This document shows, one piece after another, positions 1 to 10,077 of a DNA stretch of 64,000 nt; the stretch's first letter is position 1; every line of letters begins with the position of its first letter. The notes beneath the pieces were generated by a model, which did no database searches, was not told where the DNA came from, and saw only the letters and a program-made list of their open reading frames with translations. The stretch lies in assembly GCA_963676835.2 (NCBI GenBank), contig CAXXFF010000001.1:352001-416000 (forward strand). Reading direction: 5' to 3'. The DNA comes from Marispirochaeta sp. GTDB lineage: Bacteria > Spirochaetota > Spirochaetia > JC444 > Marispirochaetaceae. The position numbers and the translations under genes were made by a program.

Positions 1-231
1 CACATGGCGTTTCCCTTCAAGTTGAACTACCGAGGATTGCTCGGTAGTTGCAGATTCATCGAGCTCGTCAGATGCATAGATATTCTTGAGGTGCAGTCCT
101 ATCGTATCAGAGTCTTTATCGAACAGCTGTGCCATCTGCTTCTGAGTAAGCCAGACGGTATCTTCATCAAACTGTACCCGGATTTCGGTTGTGTTATCAG
201 TTGTAGTGTATATTTCGATTTTGTTTTCCAT
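1..231 (-). CDS. RhuM-family (virulence RhuM / Fic-associated) protein, N-terminal part; runs off the window start
   Basis: Not in the ORF track. Manual translation from ATG 231: MENKIEIYTTTDNTTEIRVQFDEDTVWLTQKQMAQLFDKDSDTIGLHLKNIYASDELDESATTEQSSVVQLEGKRHV. The 'TVWLTQKQMAQLF...HLKNIY...EL...VQxEG.R.V' pattern is the RhuM N-terminus. Confidence 0.85.
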   Translation of the reverse strand, partial: MENKIEIYTTTDNTTEIRVQFDEDTVWLTQKQMAQLFDKDSDTIGLHLKNIYASDELDESATTEQSSVVQLEGKRHV

Positions 232-416
232 GTCCTGCCCCCATTATTATAACCCGGATTTTGCCATTCTGATTCTTCCGCTTCAGTGATATTCCATACA
301 ATAACTGCGGTTAGCCGCCTGCCGGTGCATAAAACAGAGTTGTGACAGTTGTGAATGTCGTGGTTGAGGGGTTTTGTTTACAGGCTAACCATGACCTTCA
401 CGAAAAGGCACGACGG

Positions 417-2147
417 TTAAGGTGTCCAGCGGGGGACGGAGCGCTGGAGGGCGGTTATTTCGACCGATTCGGTCAGGGCATGAAACAGGTTATTGAAATC
501 AGCTGCAGTGCCGGTGAATGTCCTGCTTCCGATCAGGCGGCCTGCTTCAAGGGAAAAGCGGGAGCGGTATGTTTCGTACATTATCTGCCAGTTGCCGGTT
601 ATGGCAGACTTTCGTGCTGCAAGCAGCTTCTGCTCCGGCAGTTTATCCCGTTTCTGATTGTTCACCTTTGGATCTGAGGGCAACAGATTCCAGAGATCGT
701 TGTTGTGCCAGAGGGTATATGGTATTGCATGATCTACCTCATACCCTTTCGCCGGATTGATTGCAGTTCCGCTCCAGACACATTCCAGAGCCTGTATAGT
801 GTCATAGACTCTTCGGGCATAGCTTACGTCTCTTTCTGTTTCTCCTATTCCCTGTAACAGCAGGTCAAGGCATTGTGCGACCGTAAATTTCTTCTCGTTC
901 GATTTAAGTTCCGCAGTAAACTGTGCCCACCGCATGAGTATGGAATCCTCAAACCATTTTCCCATGAGCGAAAATTCCTGCCACAGGTCAGCCGGAATCA
1001 GGATATTACTCCCTTCCCCCCTGAAGACTTTTTTCTCAGTACCTGCATACTGTACGGGCTGACGGATTCCAGCCTTTATTTTTCCCAGGGCATCTTTCAG
1101 CAGTTCCTCGGATTCAGGATCAAGTTCATTCTGATACAAGGCCTGCCGGAATGCCTGGAATCCTCCCCGGGCACCTTCCCATGTGGATGAAAGCTTCTCC
1201 AGCTGCTTGCGGAAGGTAATATCCTGTTTATCTTTGATTTTCTGCCCCTGGAAAACTTTACTGTCCCCGGCGACCAGAGGCCAGTAGTATTCCAGCCATT
1301 TTTCAGCGACATGATCCATTGACAGGGCGACCTGTCCGTTCTCTCTCCAGTTAACTGAGTTGGGAGCGGTAACTGCTATCTCCCCCATTGCACGCAATAA
1401 GGCGAATTTATAGCTGTTTACTTTCCTGTCACTGCGTAGAATTGATTCTATCTTTTCTATCGGGCGCGTTCCGTCGGTGTGCTGATTTTTGAATAATAGA
1501 GTACACCAGCGTACCCCTGTCCGGCCAAGACTGTCTTCGCTCTCTATTCTATGGCTCAGGCTGAAGCCCAGACGTTCTGCGAGGAAGATATACTCTTCAG
1601 GCGGTCTTATATTAAATAGCCTACCGTTTTTGTCTCTTCCTGTCTTTTTATCAATATCCGGATAATCAACCGGTACGAAAATTACCAGGGTACCGTTCTC
1701 AGCCATAGCCATAATTCTTTTTATTGAGAAGAACGAATCGAACAGCAGGGATTTAGGCAGGTGCTGGAGAACTGCACTTCAGGTCACCAGGTTATAGGAA
1801 TCTCCGCAGGGTGATAGATCCGGCAGAGACGCTGAGTATATTCTATCCTTGAGATCCGGGTAGCTGATCATGGCCTGATTACGCATGCGGTCGTTCGGCT
1901 CAGTGCCACGAGCATCTAATCCATGTTCATAGAGCCATGCGAGATCCCGGCCGGAGCCGCTGCCGATATCGAGGGCTTTGCCGTTTTGAGGGAGATAGTG
2001 TTGAATGCAGGATAATGGGGATTCGGCTGTGTTGAAGCGATTAATTTGGTCATGATGAAGCCCGCTGTAGTAAGCTGAAGTGGCTTCATCTACTACGCCA
2101 TAGTCCTTGTTTGATTTTGAATCGTATATAGAATTATTTCTTTTCAA
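417..2147 (-). pseudogene. Class I SAM-dependent methyltransferase fused to an HNH endonuclease, interrupted by an in-frame TGA at 1779-1781
   Basis: ORFs 1779..2147 (LDIGSGSGRD SAM motif) and 417..1712 (NSYKFALLRA; CVWSG...VDHAIP...NDLWNLLP...N..K HNH) share one frame. Read-through gives ...YNLVT*SAVLQHLPKSLLFDSFFSIKRIMAMAENG. Confidence 0.75.
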
Positions 2148-2331
2148 TATTGATCACCCATACTTCATAAACCCGTTTCATAGTACCATTGTTTTTTGTT
2201 CCAATTCCATTATTTTGAAGTTTTTAAGAAGTAGCTACCTGGCAAAAGGAAAGTATTCTTGTTAAAATCATGTGTTGAGTTATTTGTTTGTAGGTTTAGA
2301 TGACACAAACCTTATCAGCAGAAGGTGTAAA

Positions 2332-3891
2332 GTGAGTAAAACAATACCAGTAATAGATTTATTTGCCGGACCGGGCGGACTTGGCGAAGGATTTTCATCT
2401 CTCAGACCGACTTCCGGAAACAGATTTAAAATCAGAATGTCTGTTGAAATGGAAGAATCAGCTCATAAAACACTGACCCTGCGTGCATTCTACAGACAAT
2501 TTCCGGATAAGGATTCTGTACCCGAAGAATATTATGATTTTATAGGCAAACCTTATTCTGATAACAACCTTCAAAAGCTTCTTGATAGTTTCCCTGAAGG
2601 GGAAGATGCTAGAGATGAAGCATGTCGACTTACCCTTGGTAAGGATAATGAAATTATTCATTCAAAAATTGAAAAGATTGTCAGCACATTTAAACCTGAA
2701 CAAGACTGGGTTCTTATCGGAGGTCCTCCATGTCAGGCTTACTCTCTCGCCGGTAGAGTCAGGAATATGGGGAAGAAAAACTATAAAGCCGAAGAGGATC
2801 ACAGACATTTTTTGTACCGTGAATATCTGGAAATAATCGGGCGTTACCATCCTTCAGTATTTGTTATGGAAAACGTAAAAGGCATTCTTTCTTCGAACGT
2901 TGGAGGGCAGAATATATTCTCAAATATAATTAAAGATCTCCAGAAGCCGAATGAAGTCGTTATAAATCCGAACGGTAAAAAAGCTGAGTACAAACTCTAT
3001 TCCCTTGTTAAAGAGTCACCTCCTGATCAAATACATGATCCCAGAGATTTCATCATTAAAAGTGAAGAATATGGTATTCCCCAGAAAAGGCATAGAGTAA
3101 TAATACTTGGAGTCAGAAAAGATATTGATACTGTCCCAAGGCCCCTGGAAAAAGCAAACAAAGTCTCTGTAAAAAAGGCAATTTCTGATTTACCTCCCCT
3201 GAGAAGCGGCCTTTCAAAAGTTAAGGATGACACTTCATCCGATTGGATAAAGGCAATAAGTAAAATACCTCAATTTAAAAAGAAAGATTTTTTGAGCCCT
3301 CCGGAAAAGATTTCCGAATTAAATAAAGAAATACATTTCGCAATCTCATTACTTGATAAAACCTTAACAACATCTATATCAAAACCATTAAAAAAGAAGT
3401 ATAGAAATGCTATTTTCAACCCAGACTGGTACATTAATGAAAGACTTAAAAACATCTGCAATCACGAAAGCAGGACCCATATTGATTCCGATCTTCATCG
3501 TTATCTGTTTGTGTCCTGTTTCGGAAAATTATACGGAAGATCCCCCAAGCTGAATGAATTCCCAGCTGCTCTTCTACCAAATCATAAAAATGCATGTGAA
3601 CATTCAGTTATAAGTAAATTTGTAGATCGTTTTCGTGTTCAACTAGCAGAAAGCCCTTCAACAACAATTACCTGTCACATTTCAAAAGATGGCCATTATT
3701 ATATTCATCCGGATCCTACCCAGTGCCGTAGTCTTACGGTGAGAGAAGCAGCCAGATTGCAAACATTTCCTGATGACTATTTCTTTTGCGGCCCGAGGAC
3801 AAAACAGTATCATCAGGTGGGAAACGCAGTACCTCCACTTCTGGCAAATCAGATTGCTGAGATAGTAATGGATTCATTTGAGGACATCTGA
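2332..3891 (+). CDS. dcm: DNA (cytosine-5) methyltransferase
   Basis: Motifs DLFAGPGG, GGPPCQ, ENV, QKRHR, RSLTVREAARLQTFPD, QVGNAV. Likely GTG start at 2332 after AGAAGG; the ORF track starts at 2272. Confidence 0.95.
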   Translation: MSKTIPVIDLFAGPGGLGEGFSSLRPTSGNRFKIRMSVEMEESAHKTLTLRAFYRQFPDKDSVPEEYYDFIGKPYSDNNLQKLLDSFPEGEDARDEACRLTLGKDNEIIHSKIEKIVSTFKPEQDWVLIGGPPCQAYSLAGRVRNMGKKNYKAEEDHRHFLYREYLEIIGRYHPSVFVMENVKGILSSNVGGQNIFSNIIKDLQKPNEVVINPNGKKAEYKLYSLVKESPPDQIHDPRDFIIKSEEYGIPQKRHRVIILGVRKDIDTVPRPLEKANKVSVKKAISDLPPLRSGLSKVKDDTSSDWIKAISKIPQFKKKDFLSPPEKISELNKEIHFAISLLDKTLTTSISKPLKKKYRNAIFNPDWYINERLKNICNHESRTHIDSDLHRYLFVSCFGKLYGRSPKLNEFPAALLPNHKNACEHSVISKFVDRFRVQLAESPSTTITCHISKDGHYYIHPDPTQCRSLTVREAARLQTFPDDYFFCGPRTKQYHQVGNAVPPLLANQIAEIVMDSFEDI

Positions 3892-3893
3892 TT

Positions 3894-4313
3894 GTGGACA
3901 AGCTTACTCCGGAAAAGCGAAGCTGGAATATGTCCCGTATAAAGAACAGGGATACAAAGCCTGAAATCAGAGTCAGGTCATTTCTTCATAGCGCTGGATT
4001 CCGATTCAGACTTCACAGAAAGGATCTTCCAGGAAAACCTGATATAGTTCTTCCAAAGTATAAAACTGTTATATTTATTCATGGTTGCTACTGGCATCGC
4101 CATCCAGGTTGTAAGAACGCTACTACACCGAAAACAAGAACTGACTTCTGGGAAGATAAATTCAGGGATAATGTAGCTCGCGATAAAAGAAATATTAAGG
4201 ATTTGAAAGATCTCGGCTGGAAAGTAATTGTCATCTGGGAATGTGAGACTGAGAGCTATGAAAAAATGCAAATAGCTTTATCCCCATTTCTTTCTACAAA
4301 GTTGAATGACTAA
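3894..4313 (+). CDS. vsr: Very short patch repair endonuclease
   Basis: MDKLTPEKRSWNMSRIK..DTKPE, LPGKPDIV, FIHGCYWHRH, GWKVIVIWEC; 2 nt after dcm. Confidence 0.95.
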   Translation: MDKLTPEKRSWNMSRIKNRDTKPEIRVRSFLHSAGFRFRLHRKDLPGKPDIVLPKYKTVIFIHGCYWHRHPGCKNATTPKTRTDFWEDKFRDNVARDKRNIKDLKDLGWKVIVIWECETESYEKMQIALSPFLSTKLND

Positions 4314-4350
4314 TAGGCATGTTACTCCAACCAGATATTTTCTAAATATG

Positions 4351-7209
4351 CTATATATGAACAACTGGTGAATTTATATTTTCAATATTTCGGACTGACC
4401 ATTTGTGTATAAATCCAAGATTGTTTTTGGGATATGTAATCGACCATCCCAAGGTTGGCGTCTTATTATCTTTTTTTACAAAATATATAAGAACAACAGC
4501 TGTAGATGTATTTCTGAGGTTTTTTGTTGATTCATTTGGTGTTAACAGCTTGTAATGTCCACTTTCTGGTAATTCCCATCCGGCAACATACTTTGCCGTT
4601 GCTGAATCAATTGGATCTGAATAAACTCCGAATGGACCACCATTTGAACGTGTCCTACGATGCCTGATCGATATTTTATGTTTCAGTAATTCTTGCGTAC
4701 CATTTTTTTCATTAGTTAATAGTGGTGCAAGAAACAGCATTCTTTGCATACCATGATTTTCATTTGAAATAAAATCAAGTTGATAATTAACAGATTCAGG
4801 TATGACTTTATTCCATTTGTAATTCTTTAAAAACTGAAGACCATTTATTATTGATGTTGTCCAGTAGTAAGAAGAGAATTCTTTTTTACCTTTATCTTTA
4901 AATATCCCACCAAGAATGTCTCTATGTACATTAGTTGTAGTGAATATTTCTTCAAATAATGCTATATTGAACTTGTCTGTTTTTGCATCTGGTATAGTAG
5001 TGGGCTCATTGTAAGTTTTACCATAATTCCATGAAGTAATTTTAGCATTATACATTTTGTTTTTAGCTGTGGGTTTGATTTCTGAAAAAGCTTGAACGAG
5101 TGGTGGTACTTGTAGTGGCGTGAGTTTTTTATCAGAAGAAACGTATCGCTTTAATTCCTGACGAAGATGAGCTTCCATTCTACTGGTAGCACGGAATGAT
5201 TCAAGTAGATCGATATTCTTTTTGCCCTCATCAATGCCAATAAATAGTCTAACTAGATCACAATATCCTTTACGAAAACCGAACCATCGACCCATTTGCA
5301 TCAATGTATCCCCCTGGGAGGTTATACGGCGATAATAACTAATTGTTAGATCTTCTATGGTGTATCCTCTGGATAGTTTATCTCCACCAATTATCACCGA
5401 CCAGATTGGTTCCAATTCAAAATCAGGATTGTTTTTATTGTCACCATTTACAATTATTGTTCTAAGATTTCCCGAACATTCAGTGATTTTACCAATACAA
5501 TTTTGTATGTAAGGAATCAAATCCTGAAAAGAATCAGGCAAAGGAAGATCTGCATTGATATGCTCTGAAGTTGGACGATAGTCTTCGTTCCAAAGTTGTT
5601 GAATTTTAAACAGTCCATCTGTACCTTGAAAATTACAGTCTTCCCATGTTTTTTTAACTAAAGCCTCAATCTCATTGTGTTTAAGCTTTGTTCTTGAGAT
5701 ATGAACAAGCATAGTATGGTGTTTAAAAGGAGCTAAGCTTGAGTGTTTATCTTTTCTGAATAGTTTGATTGCACCTGAAAGAACAAAAGCAGTTAAGGCA
5801 ATCGAAAGATCGTCCTGTTCGTTATGACTGGATTTGACTTTTTTGATAAAATATTTCTCATTTGAATTAGGATCATTATCAATATTGAAGAAGTCACGCG
5901 CACCCATATAATCAGAGGGTGGCTCCGGAAGAGTAATTATAAAATCTTTTGGAAATAGGTCATCAACATCATCAGGGTTAATAAATACATTTGCATATGG
6001 GGTTGCAGTATAACCTACATACTGGCACCTAGGCATTATTTTAAGCACATCAATAATATTTCCATTAACTTTTCGACGTTCCTCAAGTTCTTTTTTGTTC
6101 GGTCGCCGTGTATCTATTGATGCTTGATCAGATTCATCATCTATTAGTAAAGTAGGTATTTCATTAAGTAATCCTTTGTATTTAAGATTAAGTTTTGTGA
6201 GATCTGCTATTAGTTTAGAAATGATTTGTGCATTCTTTTTTATTACGAGCACATTGATCTTGGCACGAGGAGAGAAAAGATTTGTTGCGCAGTGAAGAGG
6301 AAGATCTTTGTCTTCTTTCTCTGGTACCAGTATGTTGAGGGTATCAGACAGCAATCGTTTGTAATCTTCTTCTAGAGTAGTTATGCGATTCCAACCAAAA
6401 AGATTGTGAGGTTTTTTGTTGTGATTCACAAAATCAGCCCATTCAGAATCTTCAAGAGTTTTGTAATCATCGTCATATTTTAGGGATGGACAACCTATTA
6501 ACCCTTTGTCAATTCTTCGTTGTGTTTGTTTGCGTAGTATGTTCCAAGGACCTGCAAGTATTATAAACATTTTGTAACCAGCATCAGCAGCTTTGGCCAG
6601 TAGTGCTGAAAAGTTGGCTGTTTTACCACTCTGCACATAACCGACTACAAGTCCACGGGCAGAATATGCTTCTTCCCGGTAAGGAGCTGAAAGTCGTTCA
6701 AGGATTGATTGAGCGCCGTTTCCCAAATCAATTGTCGATGCCGGGTTCCACCCATTGGATAGGAGGTAACGTTCATATGATTTCCAGAAGTAATCAGATG
6801 TATTAATACGCGTATCATACCAATTTATGTGCTCATCTGCTATCACAACAGGAGTTTGTATTTTAAAAGGGAGTTGTTTGTCCCAGAAATCAGACAGTTG
6901 TGATGGTATACAAAGTAATTTGTATATTTCTTTGCGACGATTATAGCTGGCTAGAGGAAACTTATTTAACTGAACAATTGATTTATCATGATCCCATTTG
7001 GTAATAAGACTATGAAAATCTGTCAAGATCTCATCGGAGGCATTCGCGGCCAAAATATATTTTGATAAAAATATGAGTCCATTATCGTTAAGCTCATTAT
7101 TTTGGTCAATTGAAGAAAGCAAACTTGAGACAGAACAAGGACCTTTCACTTTCAGCAAGCTTAAAACAGCATTATACATTGTTCTTTGTCTATAAGTATT
7201 TTTAATCAT
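4351..7209 (-). CDS. Z1-domain SF2 helicase-like protein
   Basis: GLVVGYVQSGKT (Walker A), IDDESDQAS, YVGYTATPYAN, GGDKLSRGYTIE.L..SYY, DTLMQMGRWFGFR.GY. Confidence 0.9.
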   Translation of the reverse strand: MIKNTYRQRTMYNAVLSLLKVKGPCSVSSLLSSIDQNNELNDNGLIFLSKYILAANASDEILTDFHSLITKWDHDKSIVQLNKFPLASYNRRKEIYKLLCIPSQLSDFWDKQLPFKIQTPVVIADEHINWYDTRINTSDYFWKSYERYLLSNGWNPASTIDLGNGAQSILERLSAPYREEAYSARGLVVGYVQSGKTANFSALLAKAADAGYKMFIILAGPWNILRKQTQRRIDKGLIGCPSLKYDDDYKTLEDSEWADFVNHNKKPHNLFGWNRITTLEEDYKRLLSDTLNILVPEKEDKDLPLHCATNLFSPRAKINVLVIKKNAQIISKLIADLTKLNLKYKGLLNEIPTLLIDDESDQASIDTRRPNKKELEERRKVNGNIIDVLKIMPRCQYVGYTATPYANVFINPDDVDDLFPKDFIITLPEPPSDYMGARDFFNIDNDPNSNEKYFIKKVKSSHNEQDDLSIALTAFVLSGAIKLFRKDKHSSLAPFKHHTMLVHISRTKLKHNEIEALVKKTWEDCNFQGTDGLFKIQQLWNEDYRPTSEHINADLPLPDSFQDLIPYIQNCIGKITECSGNLRTIIVNGDNKNNPDFELEPIWSVIIGGDKLSRGYTIEDLTISYYRRITSQGDTLMQMGRWFGFRKGYCDLVRLFIGIDEGKKNIDLLESFRATSRMEAHLRQELKRYVSSDKKLTPLQVPPLVQAFSEIKPTAKNKMYNAKITSWNYGKTYNEPTTIPDAKTDKFNIALFEEIFTTTNVHRDILGGIFKDKGKKEFSSYYWTTSIINGLQFLKNYKWNKVIPESVNYQLDFISNENHGMQRMLFLAPLLTNEKNGTQELLKHKISIRHRRTRSNGGPFGVYSDPIDSATAKYVAGWELPESGHYKLLTPNESTKNLRNTSTAVVLIYFVKKDNKTPTLGWSITYPKNNLGFIHKWSVRNIENINSPVVHI

Positions 7210-7232
7210 ATTTTAGCCTCATTTTATAAAAT

Positions 7233-8216
7233 TTAAAATAATTCTAATAGAATACTGTCTTCAAGGTCTTTTCCGTATGACTCTAAATCAATTTTATATA
7301 TAACATCTCCTAAACGATCTTGAAGGGGCGCGTAAATATTATCTATATCGTTTGGAATGCGTGGGAAATCGTCATTTACTGGGATCATTTTAGGTAATGA
7401 TCTCAACTTTAATGAGAGTCTGCTATAAAATACTTCGTGGTCAGAACGGTATCCAAAAGTTTGTAGCTTCATGTTGAAGTCTAATAGATTTTCGTTGCTA
7501 AGGATGTTACGAATTTCAGAAACAAGACCAGGCAATGTAATTAAATCAGTTCCTGAGGCTTCCATGAACTGTAAAGATATAAAGAAGAGCTTGCAATCGA
7601 TACTGGGGTATGGTTGATTTAGTCCATTTATTATATGGATACGTTTTGTTTTTAAAGTTGATTTCACTTCAAATTCTAAATCTCCGTACCTGAAATCATG
7701 AGGTTCATTTATTGGCCCAATCCATCCATTTGGAGTTAGACCCATATTTATAGAAATTAATCTTTTGAGAAAATATAACTCGCCGATGAGACCTAGAATG
7801 TTTTTATCCGAGAGCGATGGTTTGGATGCTATGAGACCTTCAAGGTTAGATAAAGCTTGATCGATAGCAGAATCGCAGGGGATATTATCACGGTCCATTA
7901 GAATAGCAACGTCTATTACAAATGTATAGAATTCACTAAATAATGTTTTATCATTTGTCCAAATCTCATAATAAGAATTATTATTATTGTAAGTGGTAAT
8001 AGAAATGTTCTGTAATTTATTTATCCTTTTAAAGAGCGAATCTGAAATAGAAGAATTTACTTCAACACCAAATAGCGATGAATTCCCTCGTGATAAAAGT
8101 GTAAGGTAATTACTTCCTGGGATTTTATATCGTCTTTCAACACCAGCTCCAATTAGTATGGACTCAATTTGTCCCCAGTTTGCAAAATTGTTAGATTGCA
8201 TCTGATTTATTATCAT
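7233..8216 (-). CDS. PD-(D/E)XK motif protein (DUF4420 family)
   Basis: LGLIGELYFL, WIGP...HDF, EVKST, IHIING..Q; operon context with Z1 and GHKL ATPase genes. Confidence 0.8.
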   Translation of the reverse strand: MIINQMQSNNFANWGQIESILIGAGVERRYKIPGSNYLTLLSRGNSSLFGVEVNSSISDSLFKRINKLQNISITTYNNNNSYYEIWTNDKTLFSEFYTFVIDVAILMDRDNIPCDSAIDQALSNLEGLIASKPSLSDKNILGLIGELYFLKRLISINMGLTPNGWIGPINEPHDFRYGDLEFEVKSTLKTKRIHIINGLNQPYPSIDCKLFFISLQFMEASGTDLITLPGLVSEIRNILSNENLLDFNMKLQTFGYRSDHEVFYSRLSLKLRSLPKMIPVNDDFPRIPNDIDNIYAPLQDRLGDVIYKIDLESYGKDLEDSILLELF

Positions 8217-9687
8217 CCAATAATGTTAAAAGTATCTTCTGAAGAAATTTGATCTTGTTATTAGCCTTTAAACCACTTCTTTGGATGACAAGATAATCTT
8301 CAAGCAACAGAAATAAAAATAATGGAAATAACTCATCTAATGGGATTTTTTTCATGGAATCTTTTAATGCTGTTGAAATTAGTATCTGACCCGCCCCACG
8401 ATCAATCCGAAACATTTCATCTTTATTAAGTTTTTTCCAGAAAATTTCAATATCATCGGAATCTTTTGTCTTGATTCCTTTGTGGTCAGCTAACAAGGTT
8501 CTATAAAAAGACTTGATTTCCCCAGAAGGCAGAACTGCTTCTTTGGAATTTGGTTTTGATGAACTGCTCCGGTATAGGGTATTGGCTAATGTAAGACAAT
8601 CATTAAATTTTGTTCCGCCTTTGGAAGTGGTAATCATAATTTGCTCAAAAAACTCTTCAGGTAAGTCAATTGAGGATTTCTTTATGTCGAGACGAACAAG
8701 ATCATCCAAAGTTGACGGGAGATCAATCTCCACACGGCACAGAGAGAGATGAGGCTCGCTCTCACGCATCCCATTCCAACCACCTGCTTGTAATAACCGA
8801 TTATTTCTGAAAATATATAATCCTTGTCTTGTATTTGCGCCTCCCGGCAGTTTGTATTCACGGGATTGACAATTAGGAGGCCAGATATGAACTCGGGCAC
8901 GAATCTGACTATCACCAATAGAAATGATGAAATCCTTAGGATATTGATCATGACCAGAGTGTGGGTAACCAAATGGATTTAATGCATGTATACTTTCTGG
9001 TGGGTATGGTGAGCCTCTCTCTTCGATATTTGTTTCAACAAGTATTTTTATTTTATTTTGAGCAAGATGCCTATGGTATATAAGACCAAGATGTGATCGA
9101 AGTTTATTTGACATTTTTGTTACAATTTTTTCAGAAAGTTTTTCATTTAGATTTAAGCGATCTAGCCCAAGCAGTGTGACAACCGTGCCAGAGGAAGCAT
9201 TCTTCCCTGAAGATGCTTTCGTGAGCATATTCATACAGTAGTCTTGTCTAAGTTCCGCAACTTTGTTTTCAGATAAAGTAGAAACTGTAGCGCGTAATCC
9301 ATAAATTTCTCCTCCAGCTTCATGAGATACAACATCAAACATAGGTGCCTGACTGAGGCTAGCAAGTTTAAGTCCCATACCGAATTTACCGAGCTGGAGA
9401 CTGTCTTTGTCTGTATCGCTACCTATTCGCATGGCTTCCTGTAGTATGGGTTTTGCCATCCCTGAGCCATTGTCCCAAATGGATAGGTCTAAACTTCCTT
9501 TAGTATTGAGGATAAAACGTATCACAATTATATCTGCTTGGGCATCAACGGAGTTATCGATTATATCTGCTATTGCTTGGGGCATTTGATATCCGATTGA
9601 GCGAAGCGCTTGTATTACCCGAGCCATTTGAGGAGGAATATCTATCATGCAATCTTTTTTTACAGATGTTCTCACAAAGTTGCTCAC
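8191..9687 (-). CDS. GHKL (MORC/MutL-like) ATPase
   Basis: LRSIGY...AIADIIDNSVDA, DNGSGM, LGKFGMGLKLAS, GTVV, then S5-like QGLYIFRNNRLLQAGGW. Confidence 0.88.
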   Translation of the reverse strand: MSNFVRTSVKKDCMIDIPPQMARVIQALRSIGYQMPQAIADIIDNSVDAQADIIVIRFILNTKGSLDLSIWDNGSGMAKPILQEAMRIGSDTDKDSLQLGKFGMGLKLASLSQAPMFDVVSHEAGGEIYGLRATVSTLSENKVAELRQDYCMNMLTKASSGKNASSGTVVTLLGLDRLNLNEKLSEKIVTKMSNKLRSHLGLIYHRHLAQNKIKILVETNIEERGSPYPPESIHALNPFGYPHSGHDQYPKDFIISIGDSQIRARVHIWPPNCQSREYKLPGGANTRQGLYIFRNNRLLQAGGWNGMRESEPHLSLCRVEIDLPSTLDDLVRLDIKKSSIDLPEEFFEQIMITTSKGGTKFNDCLTLANTLYRSSSSKPNSKEAVLPSGEIKSFYRTLLADHKGIKTKDSDDIEIFWKKLNKDEMFRIDRGAGQILISTALKDSMKKIPLDELFPLFLFLLLEDYLVIQRSGLKANNKIKFLQKILLTLLDDNKSDAI

Positions 9688-10061
9688 TCATCCAAATATT
9701 TAGATATAATCATAACACTTATTTAGTTTTAACATAAAAATATCGCTGAACCAAGGATTTTTAAGATTATTGATACTCAATGATTGATAGATATTGGATT
9801 TCCTTACAACTTAAAGATTTCAGTAATGCATAAAAAGAATGTATTTTAATAAGATAAATGACATATAAAGTAAAGCCCTATAATATATATACCTTTCGCA
9901 CTACAGTCTTAATCGAAAAGAACCAAAATAACTAAAAAAAATCGTTTGTTACTACAAAATTCAAGTAAACCTTCTTCTGCTACCGTAAAATTATTTATGC
10001 AGATTTACCAGCATTATGACCAAATACCAGGATTCTTAGACAGATTTTCACAATTTCCAAT

Positions 10062-10077
10062 TGGCACGAATCCTGCA
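10062..10077 (+). promoter_or_regulatory. Putative sigma54 (-24/-12) promoter
   Basis: TGGCACGAATCCTGCA: GG and GC separated by 10 nt; one mismatch to TGGCACG-N4-TTGCA; located in a long gene-poor gap. Confidence 0.55.

Noticed and set aside
4..252. 82-aa plus-strand ORF
   Set aside because: Antisense shadow of the RhuM-family gene, which has the recognisable motifs.
1730..1778. SECIS-like hairpin after the in-frame TGA
   Set aside because: Only 4-5 bp stems with large loops; not enough to call selenocysteine.
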